Source: an uncultured Desulfatiglans sp.
GTDB taxonomy: Bacteria > Desulfobacterota > DSM-4660 > Desulfatiglandales > HGW-15
Length of the DNA: 59,771 bases
NCBI GenBank assembly: GCA_964499695.1
Contig: CAZCMD010000007.1
Location: 1-59,771, forward strand
Reading direction: 5' to 3'
Of this stretch, positions 1 through 9,678 are shown piece after piece (the stretch's first letter is position 1; each line of letters starts with the position of its first letter). Below the pieces are notes generated by a model. The model had not been told where the DNA came from. It ran no database searches and saw only the letters and a list, made by a program, of their open reading frames with translations. Made by a program: the position numbers and the translations under genes.

Positions 1-284
1 TACTTAAAATAAAACTGTTTTTCTTGGTGTTCTTTGCGGCTTTGCGTGATAACTTACCTTTTTATAATGTTGTCATTTTTCACAATTTCCTCATGGGACA
101 TTGAGACTGACCGATAGGAATATCATTATAAATATAGCTAATATAGCTGAAATATGAATATTTTTATTGCATTAATGTTCTAATAGTATATTATTCCGAA
201 CTGAAAAAAGATCACAACTAACTGGATTTTTTATAAATTAGCTTTTATTTAATCATAATATATTAATATCAAGGAGGAAGGTTT

Positions 285-1445
285 ATGGATTTTCAATTAA
301 GTGAAGAGTTGCAGATGCTGCGAGACATGGCAAGGGATTTTATCAATGAAAAGGTAATGCCATTTGCAGATGAATGGGATGAAAAACACTATTTCCCATA
401 TAATGAAGTTATGAAACCAATGGGTGAGCTTGGTTTTTTTGGCACAGTTATCCCCGAAGAATACGGCGGAAACAATATGGGCTGGCTTGCCGCAATCATC
501 CTTACTGAAGAGATAGCAAGGGGCTCAAGCTCCCTCAGGGTACAGATGAACATGCAGACACTTGGCTGTGCATACACAATTTATAAATATGGCACCGAGG
601 CCCTCAGAAAAAAATATGTAGAGAAACTCGTAACAGCCCAGTATGTGGGCGGTTTTGGTATCACAGAACCCAATGCCGGTTCTGACGTTATGTCCATGAA
701 ATCAACAGCCGTAGACAAAGGCGACCACTGGCTTATAAACGGCTACAAGACATGGATATCAAACGCTTCAGCAGCCGATGCAATTCTTTTTTATGCATAT
801 ACAGACAGGGAAGCCAGGGGCAAGGGGCTTTCAGCATTTGTTGTTGAACCCAAAAACTTTAACGGCATTACAACAACTGACCTTGACAAGATGGGAACAA
901 GGTCAACACCTACCGGCGAGATCATCCTTGAAGACTGCAAGGTGCCCAAGGAAAACATTCTGGGGAATCCCGGTGACGGCGCAAAGATAGTCTTCGGTTC
1001 ACTCAACCAGAGCAGGTTATCTGCAGCAGCAGGCGGGATTGGCCTGGCACAGGCAGCCCTGGAGTCAGCCATAGCTTACTGTAAAGAACGTGAGCAGTTC
1101 GGTCAGGCAATTGGAAATTTCCAGATGAACCAGGATCTTATTGCCCAGGTAGCATGCGAACTCGAGGCAGCAAGGCTCGTTGTATACAAGGCCGCAGTGC
1201 AGAAGGACAACGGCAACCTCGGAAATACCATTGAAGTCGCCCAGGCAAAATATCTTTCAGGTGAGATAGCTGTAAAGGCTGCCAATGTTGCCATGAGAAT
1301 CCTCGGTGCATACGGTTATTCAACAGAATACCCTGTCGCAAGGTACTATCGCGACGCCCCGGCCTATCAACTGGTTGAGGGTTCAACAAATATCTGTAAG
1401 ATGATCGTTGGCCAGGAACTTGTTAGCGTAAAGAAATCCAAGTAA
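285..1445 (+). CDS. FAD-dependent acyl-CoA dehydrogenase, possibly glutaryl-CoA dehydrogenase type given the adjacent gcdA
   Basis: 386-aa ORF with an AAGGAGG RBS at 271-277. Full-length ACAD layout with a GITEPNAGSD motif and the C-terminal catalytic-base context QLVEGSTNI. Confidence 0.88.
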   Translation: MDFQLSEELQMLRDMARDFINEKVMPFADEWDEKHYFPYNEVMKPMGELGFFGTVIPEEYGGNNMGWLAAIILTEEIARGSSSLRVQMNMQTLGCAYTIYKYGTEALRKKYVEKLVTAQYVGGFGITEPNAGSDVMSMKSTAVDKGDHWLINGYKTWISNASAADAILFYAYTDREARGKGLSAFVVEPKNFNGITTTDLDKMGTRSTPTGEIILEDCKVPKENILGNPGDGAKIVFGSLNQSRLSAAAGGIGLAQAALESAIAYCKEREQFGQAIGNFQMNQDLIAQVACELEAARLVVYKAAVQKDNGNLGNTIEVAQAKYLSGEIAVKAANVAMRILGAYGYSTEYPVARYYRDAPAYQLVEGSTNICKMIVGQELVSVKKSK

Positions 1446-1522
1446 TTTTTTATCCGCCCGTTTTAATATTACGGGCGGATATCATTCCTGAGATATAATT
1501 TCAGGCTTTATGGCTTATATAC

Positions 1523-1560
1523 GATCACCCATTCCCCCAAAGGTATGGGTGATCATTTTT
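1523..1560 (+). terminator. Hairpin plus T-run between the acd gene and gcdA
   Basis: GATCACCCAT (1523-1532) pairs with ATGGGTGATC (1545-1554), followed by ATTTTT. Confidence 0.5.
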
Positions 1561-1594
1561 AGTGTGAAAAATCAAAAAGAACCAGGAGGAGTAA

Positions 1595-3328
1595 ATGAGA
1601 CGCTATTTTGAACAGATGACACCTTTTGGCAAGGCGCTTTCTGAAAAGCAGATAAAAGATGCTGTAGAAAACATTGCCGATATTAAAAAGGTTGAAGAGG
1701 AAGTTAATAAGGCTGTTGAGGCCGTTAAAAATGCAGGCATACCTGCTGCAAAGATAATAGAGAGAGGCCAGATGACCGTGTGGCAAAGGATCGAGTACCT
1801 TGTTGATCCGGGCACATGGACACCTCTCCACACTATCTATGACCCCCAGTTTAACGAAGAAGGGACAACCGGTGTAATCGATGGGCTGGCCAAGATTCAC
1901 GGGAAATGGGCTGTTGTTATCGGTTTTGACAACAAGGTAATGGCAGGCGCATGGATTGCAGGCCAGGCAGATAACCAGCTCAGGGTTACCGATATGGCCA
2001 AAAGGCTGAGGGTTCCCCTTGTATGGATAGTAAACTGCAGCGGTGTAAAGCTCCCTGAGCAGGAAGAGGTTTATGCCAACAGGAGAGGCAACGGCACAAC
2101 ATTCTTCAGGCACGCTGAACTGGCAAAACTCGGTATCCCGATAATTGCAGGTATTTATGGGACAAACCCGGCTGGCGGCGGTTACCAGGGCATTAGCCCC
2201 ACAGTTATTATTGCCCACAAGGACGCAAACATGGCGGTTGGCGGCGGCGGTATTGTTGGCGGCATGAGCCCCAAAGGTCATTTTGATGAAGAAGGTGCAG
2301 AGGCACTCATAGAGGCAACAAGACATTTTAAGGAAGTCCCCCCGGGAAGTGTTAAGATACATCACAATGTTACAGGTTTTTTCAAGGAAGTGCATGACAC
2401 GGAAAAGGGTGTGCTTGACTCACTCAAGAGACACATGGATATGATGCCTGCTTATGATCCTGAATTCTTCAGGGTTGCAGAGCCTAAAGATCCCAAATTC
2501 AGCACAGAAGAACTCAACAGTATAATAGCCTTTAACCAGAAACGCGGTTATAACTTTGAGGAGATGCTTGCAAGACTCACTGATAACAGTGAACATATGG
2601 AATTCAGGCCCGGATACGGCCCTGAGGTTTACACCGGACTTGCAAAGATAGACGGTTACCTGATGGCATTTATCGGTAACAGGCAGGGTTTCCTGGGCGC
2701 CAAGTATCCGGAGTATGCCAACTACCCCGGAATCGGCGGAAAGCTATACCGCCAGGGTCTTATCAAGATGAACGAGTTTGTAACACTCTGCGGAAGAGAC
2801 AGGATTCCTATAGTGTGGCTCCAGGACACATCAGGTATCGATGTTGGCGACATCGCCGAATCAGCAGAACTTTTAGGTCTTGGGCAGTCACAGATCTACT
2901 CAATTGAGCAGACCGATGTTCCCCAGATATGTATAGTTGTTAGAAAGGGTACTGCTGCTGCCCATTATGTTATGGGTGGCCCAACAGCCAATAACCAGAA
3001 CGTATTCACCCTTGGCACCCCCATGACAGAGATATACGTTATGCACGGTGAAACAGCTGCTGCTGCATCATATTCAAGACGTCTTGTAAAGGAAAAGGAT
3101 GCGGGCAGATCACTGCAACCTACCATCGACAAGATGAATGAACTGGCACAGGATTATTACAATAAATCAAGGCCGGTCTACTGCGCAAAACGCGGCTTTG
3201 TAGATGAAATAGTGTTCCTGCCTGATCTTAGAAAATATATCAAGGCATTCGCCGGATGCGCATATCAGAATCCCGCATCCATCTGTTCAAGAAACCACAT
3301 GATCCTTCCAAGGATTATCAAGGGTTAA
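1595..3328 (+). CDS. gcdA: Glutaconyl-CoA decarboxylase alpha subunit (carboxyltransferase)
   Basis: 577 aa. Colinear with my recollection of Acidaminococcus GcdA, for example NCSGVKLPEQEEVYANRRG, GIYGTNPAGGGY, IGGKLYRQGLIKMNEFVTLC, VWLQDTSGIDVG and YQNPASIC..MILPR. Confidence 0.85.
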   Translation: MRRYFEQMTPFGKALSEKQIKDAVENIADIKKVEEEVNKAVEAVKNAGIPAAKIIERGQMTVWQRIEYLVDPGTWTPLHTIYDPQFNEEGTTGVIDGLAKIHGKWAVVIGFDNKVMAGAWIAGQADNQLRVTDMAKRLRVPLVWIVNCSGVKLPEQEEVYANRRGNGTTFFRHAELAKLGIPIIAGIYGTNPAGGGYQGISPTVIIAHKDANMAVGGGGIVGGMSPKGHFDEEGAEALIEATRHFKEVPPGSVKIHHNVTGFFKEVHDTEKGVLDSLKRHMDMMPAYDPEFFRVAEPKDPKFSTEELNSIIAFNQKRGYNFEEMLARLTDNSEHMEFRPGYGPEVYTGLAKIDGYLMAFIGNRQGFLGAKYPEYANYPGIGGKLYRQGLIKMNEFVTLCGRDRIPIVWLQDTSGIDVGDIAESAELLGLGQSQIYSIEQTDVPQICIVVRKGTAAAHYVMGGPTANNQNVFTLGTPMTEIYVMHGETAAAASYSRRLVKEKDAGRSLQPTIDKMNELAQDYYNKSRPVYCAKRGFVDEIVFLPDLRKYIKAFAGCAYQNPASICSRNHMILPRIIKG

Positions 3329-3335
3329 TCATTTC

Positions 3336-3364
3336 GTAGAGACGGGTTTTAAACCCGTCTCTAC
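3336..3364. repeat. REP-like hairpin of the GTAGAGAC...GTCTCTAC family
   Basis: GTAGAGACGGGTTTTAAACCCGTCTCTAC followed by AATAAAAAAT. The same outer stem and flank occur at 42394-42421. Confidence 0.55.
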
Positions 3365-3570
3365 AATAAAAAATACCATCCTCAGATGCCATAGCATAAT
3401 ACAAAGGAGCTTGTTGTCGGTAAGTATTTCAGTTAATGTACTGACAATATATCATGCAATTTTTAAATGTTGTAATTAGCGGGATATTTACGTATCTTTT
3501 ACCTTCGATTCAATCACAAATGGGAGTCTTAATAATTTTATAAAGGTTTCTAAAGCACAGGAGCAGGGCA

Positions 3571-4752
3571 ATGACTAGAAAAAACAATCCTTATGTCAGG
3601 CTGAATCTTATTTTTATTAACCTGTTTGTAACACTCCTTACCACATCCATATTTATAGCATGTATGCCTGATACGGCTTTTTCCGGTACTGTGGAACGCA
3701 GTTGCAAAGGCGCTCAAATGATCCGATATGAAATTGACGGGAAAAAGTATACACATATAGAACCCTTTATATACAGCGCCAAGGGTGTAAGCGAAGGGGC
3801 AATACCAAGTCCGGTCAAGGCACGTGAACGGGCCTGCAGAGATGCAGCCGAAAAAGCACACGATGTGGTTTTCAGTGGGAATGGACGTGAACGACTATTG
3901 GAAATAGTCTGCACTAAACATCTTAATGCAAAAGCTACTATTTTATTTTTAGGCGGTATCGGCCGCAGCGAGGATGTGGAGAAAACCCAGGGTAGACCGG
4001 ATTATCCCTATGATTTTCAATGTTACAACGGAAAGGTCGTTCATCCAGTTCTTTGTGGAGATGGTAAAAAGGAAGGGCCGGAAGAGTGTGACAATGGTGC
4101 GAACAACTCTGATGTCGGTCCAAATGCCTGCCGTACAGACTGCCGACTTCCGAGATGCGGTGATGGGGTTATTGACAGGAATGAAGAGTGTGATGACCAA
4201 TATAAAAATAGCGATTTGATACCCGGGGCATGCCGCACTGACTGTAAAACCGCTTATTGCGGTGATGGAGTTCTCGATCTTTCTAAAGGTGAGATGTGTG
4301 ATGATGGTAACAGTGATGCCTATGACGGATGCCATCAGTGCCAGAATTGCGTTCGGCCCAAAGATAACCTTAATATAAACATGGATACTCAGTTATGTGC
4401 AGGCACTTACACCCTTCGTGATCCAGGCAATGACGGTCTTATCCGCGTTACAGGTAATGATATAACCCTTGATTGCAGGGGCAGCAGTCTTACAGGATCT
4501 GGAAAGAGAGGGACAGGTATTCTGGTAACCGGATCCAATGTTGTTCTGAGGGGATGTACTGTAAGTGGCTTTGAGACAGGTATTGAAATAAAGGGGCAGA
4601 ATGCAGTTGTTTTTGATAACACTATCTGCGGTAACACTACTGACTTTAAAAAAAGTACAGACATGATTTTTCCGGCAAGAAACACCTGTACAAATGTTGG
4701 TGATGGCTGGAATGAGTCAGGTAAAGCAGGGTGCAGCTCCAATTGCCCTTAA
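3571..4752 (+). CDS. Lipoprotein with three cysteine-rich CGDG..EECD repeats and a C-terminal beta-helix-like region
   Basis: Signal peptide with lipobox IFIAC (Cys31). Repeats CGDGKKEGPEECDNG / CGDGVIDRNEECDD / CGDGVLDLSKGEMCDDGN at aa 162-260. The C-terminus is rich in G-x-N/V-x-L turns (ITLDCRGSSLTG, VVLRGCTVSG). Confidence 0.6.
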   Translation: MTRKNNPYVRLNLIFINLFVTLLTTSIFIACMPDTAFSGTVERSCKGAQMIRYEIDGKKYTHIEPFIYSAKGVSEGAIPSPVKARERACRDAAEKAHDVVFSGNGRERLLEIVCTKHLNAKATILFLGGIGRSEDVEKTQGRPDYPYDFQCYNGKVVHPVLCGDGKKEGPEECDNGANNSDVGPNACRTDCRLPRCGDGVIDRNEECDDQYKNSDLIPGACRTDCKTAYCGDGVLDLSKGEMCDDGNSDAYDGCHQCQNCVRPKDNLNINMDTQLCAGTYTLRDPGNDGLIRVTGNDITLDCRGSSLTGSGKRGTGILVTGSNVVLRGCTVSGFETGIEIKGQNAVVFDNTICGNTTDFKKSTDMIFPARNTCTNVGDGWNESGKAGCSSNCP

Positions 4753-4770
4753 TAAAATAAATAGTATGCC

Positions 4771-5457
4771 ATGAAAAAACCTGATTACATAAAGAAGAAT
4801 ATCCATGCTGCCATTGAAAATGTCCGCAAAGGTTCGGAATCAGTGCTTACAGGTCTTACCGGTGGCATTGCTGCCGGTAAGAGCACTGTAGCTGAAATGT
4901 TCAGGACACTCGGTGCTGTAATTATCGATTTTGACATACTTGCACGAAGGGTTGTTGAACCGGGCAGCAAATCATATGAGCTGATATCCAATTTTTTTGG
5001 CAAAGAGATATTAAACCCTGACAAGACAATAAACAGAAAGAGGCTATCAGGTATAGTGTTTAATGATCAGGTAAAAAGGGAACAGCTTGAATCCTTTACA
5101 CATCCGTATATCTGGGACGAATTTATTACCTTAACAGGAGAGGCTATATCCCGTGACAAAAAGGCAATCATCCTTGCCGTTATACCGCTTTTAATAGAGG
5201 GGGGTATGCAGGATATATTTTCGAGGGTAATCCTTGTCTACTCATCACCGGAAACACAGGTTTCAAGGCTCATGGAAAGAGATGGGATCAGCAGAGAGAT
5301 GGCACGAAAGATACTGGATGCCCAGATGCCCATTGATGAAAAGGTTCGATATGGAGATTTTATAATTATCAATGAAGGGTCCATTGAGGACACTAAAAAT
5401 GATGTCGGCGATATATGGGATGAACTGAAACACCTGCAATCGGGAAGAAAGGTTTGA
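4771..5457 (+). CDS. coaE: Dephospho-CoA kinase
   Basis: P-loop GLTGGIAAGKST. Length and layout fit CoaE, with a short N-terminal extension. Confidence 0.8.
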   Translation: MKKPDYIKKNIHAAIENVRKGSESVLTGLTGGIAAGKSTVAEMFRTLGAVIIDFDILARRVVEPGSKSYELISNFFGKEILNPDKTINRKRLSGIVFNDQVKREQLESFTHPYIWDEFITLTGEAISRDKKAIILAVIPLLIEGGMQDIFSRVILVYSSPETQVSRLMERDGISREMARKILDAQMPIDEKVRYGDFIIINEGSIEDTKNDVGDIWDELKHLQSGRKV

Positions 5458-5459
5458 TA

Positions 5460-6617
5460 TCAACTGTCAATACATTGTCTCAGTAGTTTTCGCGCTGTTT
5501 CATTTTCCGGTTGAACTTTTAATATCTCATCTAAATGCTCTTCAGCGAGCACCGGTTTATTCATGGCAAGATAATCCTTGGCAAGGTGCAGCTTTATTTC
5601 CATATTTTCTTTATCCATTTGACTGGCCCTTGTTAAATGATTAACAGCCCTGATGAGCTCATTTTTCTTTTCCAGTTGTATACCGAGCTTTAGCAGGAGA
5701 TCAGCCCTTTTTGGCTTCTCAAAAATAAGACCTTCGAGTAATTTTATTGAATAATCGGTCAGGTCATTTTCAATACAGAAATCGATTACTTCTTCCTTTA
5801 ACCCGATAGTACTGCCTGATAATTCCAGGGTCCAGTTGAATACTTCAATCGCTTTTTTAGTTTTTCCCATCCTGACGAGGGTCCTGGCAAAATCTATGCC
5901 TCTTTCAAGATGTCTGGGGCTGATCTTCATTGCCCTGTCAAGATAAATCAATGCCTTTTCTATATCGTCCTGTTTGAGATATATCTGACCCAGATAATGA
6001 CACGAAAACACATCAAGCTTATTCAAACTCGCGGCCTTTTCAAACCATTTTTTTGCCTCTTCCAGATCATTATTTTTATAATAGATATATCCCAGCTCCC
6101 TTATAGGCTTGGTGAGATTAGGGTTGGCCTCCATAGCAAGACGGGCTTCATTAATAGCAGATTCATAATCGCCGGATTCAGCAAGATATCTTGCGCTTTT
6201 CAGATGTAAATCGACAGGAGGCGGATTATTTACCTTTTCAACTAACTGCCTGATTTTTTCTTCCAGCACCTTTATATTTAGTGGTTTTAATATGTATGCA
6301 TCAACCTCTGATTCACCCATTTCAGCTACAAAATCACTGTATCCCTCTGCTGTTACCATAATAACAAGGATGTCCTGCAATTTACTGTCTTCTCTAATCC
6401 GGCTTAGCACCTCGCTGCCTGATATATCAGGCATATTATAATCAAGAAGGACAAGATCAACTTTTTCCCTGGTCAATATCTCGATTGCCTCTCTTCCACT
6501 GTTAGCAACAAAGAATTCCTTACCAAAACCCAGATTCTTCATCATTTTATAAATAAATTTTGTCATGGAAGGCATATCATCAACAAGCAATACGTTTATC
6601 TGCTGAACATCCATCAT
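5460..6617 (-). CDS. Response regulator (REC) fused to TPR repeats
   Basis: N-terminal receiver (VLLVDD...LLDYNMPDISG...KP) followed by repeated TPR-like helices. RBS AGGGGG lies upstream of ATGATG. Confidence 0.8.
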   Translation of the reverse strand: MMDVQQINVLLVDDMPSMTKFIYKMMKNLGFGKEFFVANSGREAIEILTREKVDLVLLDYNMPDISGSEVLSRIREDSKLQDILVIMVTAEGYSDFVAEMGESEVDAYILKPLNIKVLEEKIRQLVEKVNNPPPVDLHLKSARYLAESGDYESAINEARLAMEANPNLTKPIRELGYIYYKNNDLEEAKKWFEKAASLNKLDVFSCHYLGQIYLKQDDIEKALIYLDRAMKISPRHLERGIDFARTLVRMGKTKKAIEVFNWTLELSGSTIGLKEEVIDFCIENDLTDYSIKLLEGLIFEKPKRADLLLKLGIQLEKKNELIRAVNHLTRASQMDKENMEIKLHLAKDYLAMNKPVLAEEHLDEILKVQPENETARKLLRQCIDS

Positions 6618-6693
6618 TGGTACAACCCCCTATCTGATTTTATTACCATGTGCATCTCTATATTATAATCCATTATACAGGGTTCTCTGAAGA

Positions 6694-9576
6694 TTAACTG
6701 CTTTTCCCTTTTGACTCAAATACAGATTTTCTTGTTTTAATAAACTTCTCAATACTGTTCAGTTCATCTTTAATTTTCTTCAAAAGAAGTGCCCCGTTTT
6801 CTAAATGTCCTGTCTTTCCGCAGACCTCAAGCTCATAAGACACAGCCGAAAGTGCTTCTGCACCTATATTCAGCGCCCCTCCCTTTATGGCGTGGGCCTC
6901 CTTTCTGATCTTTTCACAATCTCCTTCTATAAGGCCCTCCTTGATAGCACTTAACTGGAGGGAAACATCACTGATATAGTCTTCAATTACCTCAATCAGA
7001 AACCCTTCATCCCCATTAAAATCCTCCATCATCCTGCTGAAATCGACAGGGTCTCCAGTGCCTTCTTTAATTTTTGTATCAGTAACATCATTTACTGTAT
7101 TATTTCCGGCAACAATTCCTGTTTCCGGCCCATCAGGATTTCCTTTTTCCCAGCCAGAGATCATTGAAAGCAATGATCCCTTTCTTAGCGGCTTTGTAAT
7201 ATAGTCGTCAAATCCCTCGGCAATGCACCTCTCACGATACCCTTCCATTGCATGCGCTGTCATTGCTATGATAACAGAACTGGTAGATTTCTGCCCCTTT
7301 CCCCTGTTTTCTTTTTCCAGATTTCTGATATTGCGTGTTGCCTCGAAACCATCCATCACAGGCATCTGAATATCCATCAGGATAATATCATATTGTCTGT
7401 TTCTGAACATCTCGATTGCCTGCTTGCCGTTTTCCGCAAGGTCAACATTATAACCTGCACTGGAGAGATGCTGCAAAGCAATTTTTTGATTTGTCGGATA
7501 ATCCTCAACCAGAAGGATACTGCATGCCGTTTGTTTAACATGAGCTGCATCATATCTTGTAACCGTGTTTTCATGACCATTTAAGACCAGTTCAACAACC
7601 TTTGCAAACTCATCTTCACTGAACGGCCTTGAGAGATATCCGTTTATCCCGGCCTCTTTACAGATATTGATATCTCCCGGCTTTCCAACAGAGGTAAGAA
7701 GGATGACCGGGGTTCTTTCAAGCCTTTTGTATTCCCGTACCTTTTTACAGGCAGAAAAACCGTCCGACCCGTCTATTTTATAATCCACCAGTACAAGATC
7801 AAAGGTATCACCGGATTTTGCCGATGAATCAAGGCATATAGCAAGAGTATCCATATCCGGTGCCTCTTCAGTAAAACAGCCAAGAGACCCGAATCTCTGT
7901 TTCATATGATTCAACTCCATTGTATTGCTGTCAGCTATCAGTACCTTCATTCCTGCCAGAACAACAGGCGACTGGGGATGCTGTTGATCTGTCAGTTGGG
8001 CGCTGTTTATTTTAAATTCAGCAGTAAACCAGAATTTACTCCCCTCCCCTTCCCGGCTTTCAAGCCCAAGTGCGCCACCCATCAATTCTGCAAGCTGCTT
8101 TGATATGGTTGTACCAAGGCCGGACCCACCGTAATTTCTTGTTGTCGAGCTATCAGCCTGGGTAAACCTTTCAAGTACCTTTTGCTGCCTGTCTTCCGGT
8201 ATCCCTATGCCTGTGTCTGTTACGACAAAACGGAGTTTTGTATGATCCTGATGCCTCTCTTCCAGATAGATATCCAGAGATATCCTGCCCGCCTGTGTAA
8301 ACTTCAGGGCATTTCCAAGGAGGTTATTCAGTATCTGCCTGAGGCGGCCAGGGTCCCCTGTCAGATTTAAAGGGACATCTCCTGCAATAGAATAATTAAA
8401 TAATAGGCCTTTCCTTTTTGAATTTACTGTGTAAATGCGGGAGATATCCTTGATCATGTGTTTCAGATCAAAACCCTTCTTTTCCAGTTCAAGTTTACCC
8501 GATTCTATCTTTGAAAAATCAAGTATATCATTTATCAACCTGAGGAGGGATTCAGCTTCGGTGAGCATTGTTTTCATCAATTCATGCTGCCTTTCATCGA
8601 CCCCCGTGTCCAGCAGAACCTCTGTAAGCCCTACTATCCCGTTTAAAGGTGTCCTGATTTCATGGCTCATATTGGCAAGAAATTCGCTTTTAGCGAGATT
8701 ATGGGCCTCAGCTAATATCTTCTCCTTCTCGAGTGCTATTGCCTTTTTATGGAGAGAAATATCCTTCAGGTTTACCACAATACCATTAATAATATTATTC
8801 ATGCCTGTGAGAGGAGTTGCAGATAGTATGAATGGGATTAAACCTTTCCCTTCAATCTCCCTTTCTATCTCATATTCGACACGCTCATCACCATTAAGTA
8901 TACGCATAAGAGGACAATCAGGCCCCTTGCACATATTACTGGGAAAGATATCAAAACACTTCCGGCCCGCCACATCTTCATTTTCTCTGCCAATGAGCTT
9001 AAGAAACCTGTCATTCATTCTTATAACCGTATATTCCCTGTCAATAACCCATATCCCGTCACTTGACAGGTTAAAAACCTGCTTAAGCTCTGTATATGAA
9101 TTATTTACCTCAAGCACTGCCTGGGCAAGGTGTGAATGGAGCTCCTCCAGGGCAGTATTCTTTTTTTCAAGTGTATTATTGATATGTTTATATCTGTCTT
9201 CAAGTTCGACAATGCGGTACCCTGTCCTTACACGCGCGAGGACCTCCTCAGGGACATAGGGTTTTGTTATGTAATCATCAGCACCTGCCTCAAACCCTGT
9301 AAGTGCGCTGCTCTTGTTTTCCTTCCCGGTCAGCATTATTATGTGGATATAGTAATCAAGATTAAGCCTCCTGATCTTCTTGATCAGTTCAAGGCCGTCT
9401 ATCTCAGGCATGACCCAGTCAGTTATCAGCAGATTTATCCTGTTTTCAAGGAATAGCGACCATGCTACACCTCCGTTTTCCGCCTCAAGGACCTCATACC
9501 CTGCCTTTTGAAGTACCTTTTTAAGGAGCAGACGGGAAACAGGATCATCTTCTGCTACAAGTATCTTAATAGTCAA
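6694..9576 (-). CDS. Hybrid sensor histidine kinase with REC-PAS-HisKA-HATPase-REC-REC-Hpt architecture
   Basis: H-box FLANMSHEIRTPLNGI, G-box GGSGLGTTISKQLAELMGG, receiver motifs ITDWVMPEIDG and LMDIQMPVMDG, and Hpt motif HAIKGGALNIGA. TTG start after AGGAAA. Confidence 0.9.
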   Translation of the reverse strand: MTIKILVAEDDPVSRLLLKKVLQKAGYEVLEAENGGVAWSLFLENRINLLITDWVMPEIDGLELIKKIRRLNLDYYIHIIMLTGKENKSSALTGFEAGADDYITKPYVPEEVLARVRTGYRIVELEDRYKHINNTLEKKNTALEELHSHLAQAVLEVNNSYTELKQVFNLSSDGIWVIDREYTVIRMNDRFLKLIGRENEDVAGRKCFDIFPSNMCKGPDCPLMRILNGDERVEYEIEREIEGKGLIPFILSATPLTGMNNIINGIVVNLKDISLHKKAIALEKEKILAEAHNLAKSEFLANMSHEIRTPLNGIVGLTEVLLDTGVDERQHELMKTMLTEAESLLRLINDILDFSKIESGKLELEKKGFDLKHMIKDISRIYTVNSKRKGLLFNYSIAGDVPLNLTGDPGRLRQILNNLLGNALKFTQAGRISLDIYLEERHQDHTKLRFVVTDTGIGIPEDRQQKVLERFTQADSSTTRNYGGSGLGTTISKQLAELMGGALGLESREGEGSKFWFTAEFKINSAQLTDQQHPQSPVVLAGMKVLIADSNTMELNHMKQRFGSLGCFTEEAPDMDTLAICLDSSAKSGDTFDLVLVDYKIDGSDGFSACKKVREYKRLERTPVILLTSVGKPGDINICKEAGINGYLSRPFSEDEFAKVVELVLNGHENTVTRYDAAHVKQTACSILLVEDYPTNQKIALQHLSSAGYNVDLAENGKQAIEMFRNRQYDIILMDIQMPVMDGFEATRNIRNLEKENRGKGQKSTSSVIIAMTAHAMEGYRERCIAEGFDDYITKPLRKGSLLSMISGWEKGNPDGPETGIVAGNNTVNDVTDTKIKEGTGDPVDFSRMMEDFNGDEGFLIEVIEDYISDVSLQLSAIKEGLIEGDCEKIRKEAHAIKGGALNIGAEALSAVSYELEVCGKTGHLENGALLLKKIKDELNSIEKFIKTRKSVFESKGKSS

Positions 9577-9678
9577 TTCATTTCCTGATTTTTAAAAGCC
9601 GTATGTCAAGCAGGCCTGGATTGGGAGAGTAAAACAGGTTAAAAAAAATTCAGAGTATATACTCCAATATCAGACAAG

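Noticed and set aside
1452-1480. Hairpin ATCCGCCCG..CGGGCGGAT considered as the terminator of the acyl-CoA dehydrogenase gene
   Set aside because: No U-tract follows it. The second hairpin at 1523-1560 is the better terminator candidate, so this one may be a REP-like element.
1559-2395. 278-aa minus-strand ORF
   Set aside because: It lies entirely antisense to the strongly supported gcdA gene. Its composition is Cys- and Asn-rich and low-complexity, and I saw no RBS or family resemblance.
8435-9259. 274-aa plus-strand ORF
   Set aside because: It is antisense to the hybrid histidine kinase. It is Ser-rich and low-complexity, typical of a shadow ORF.
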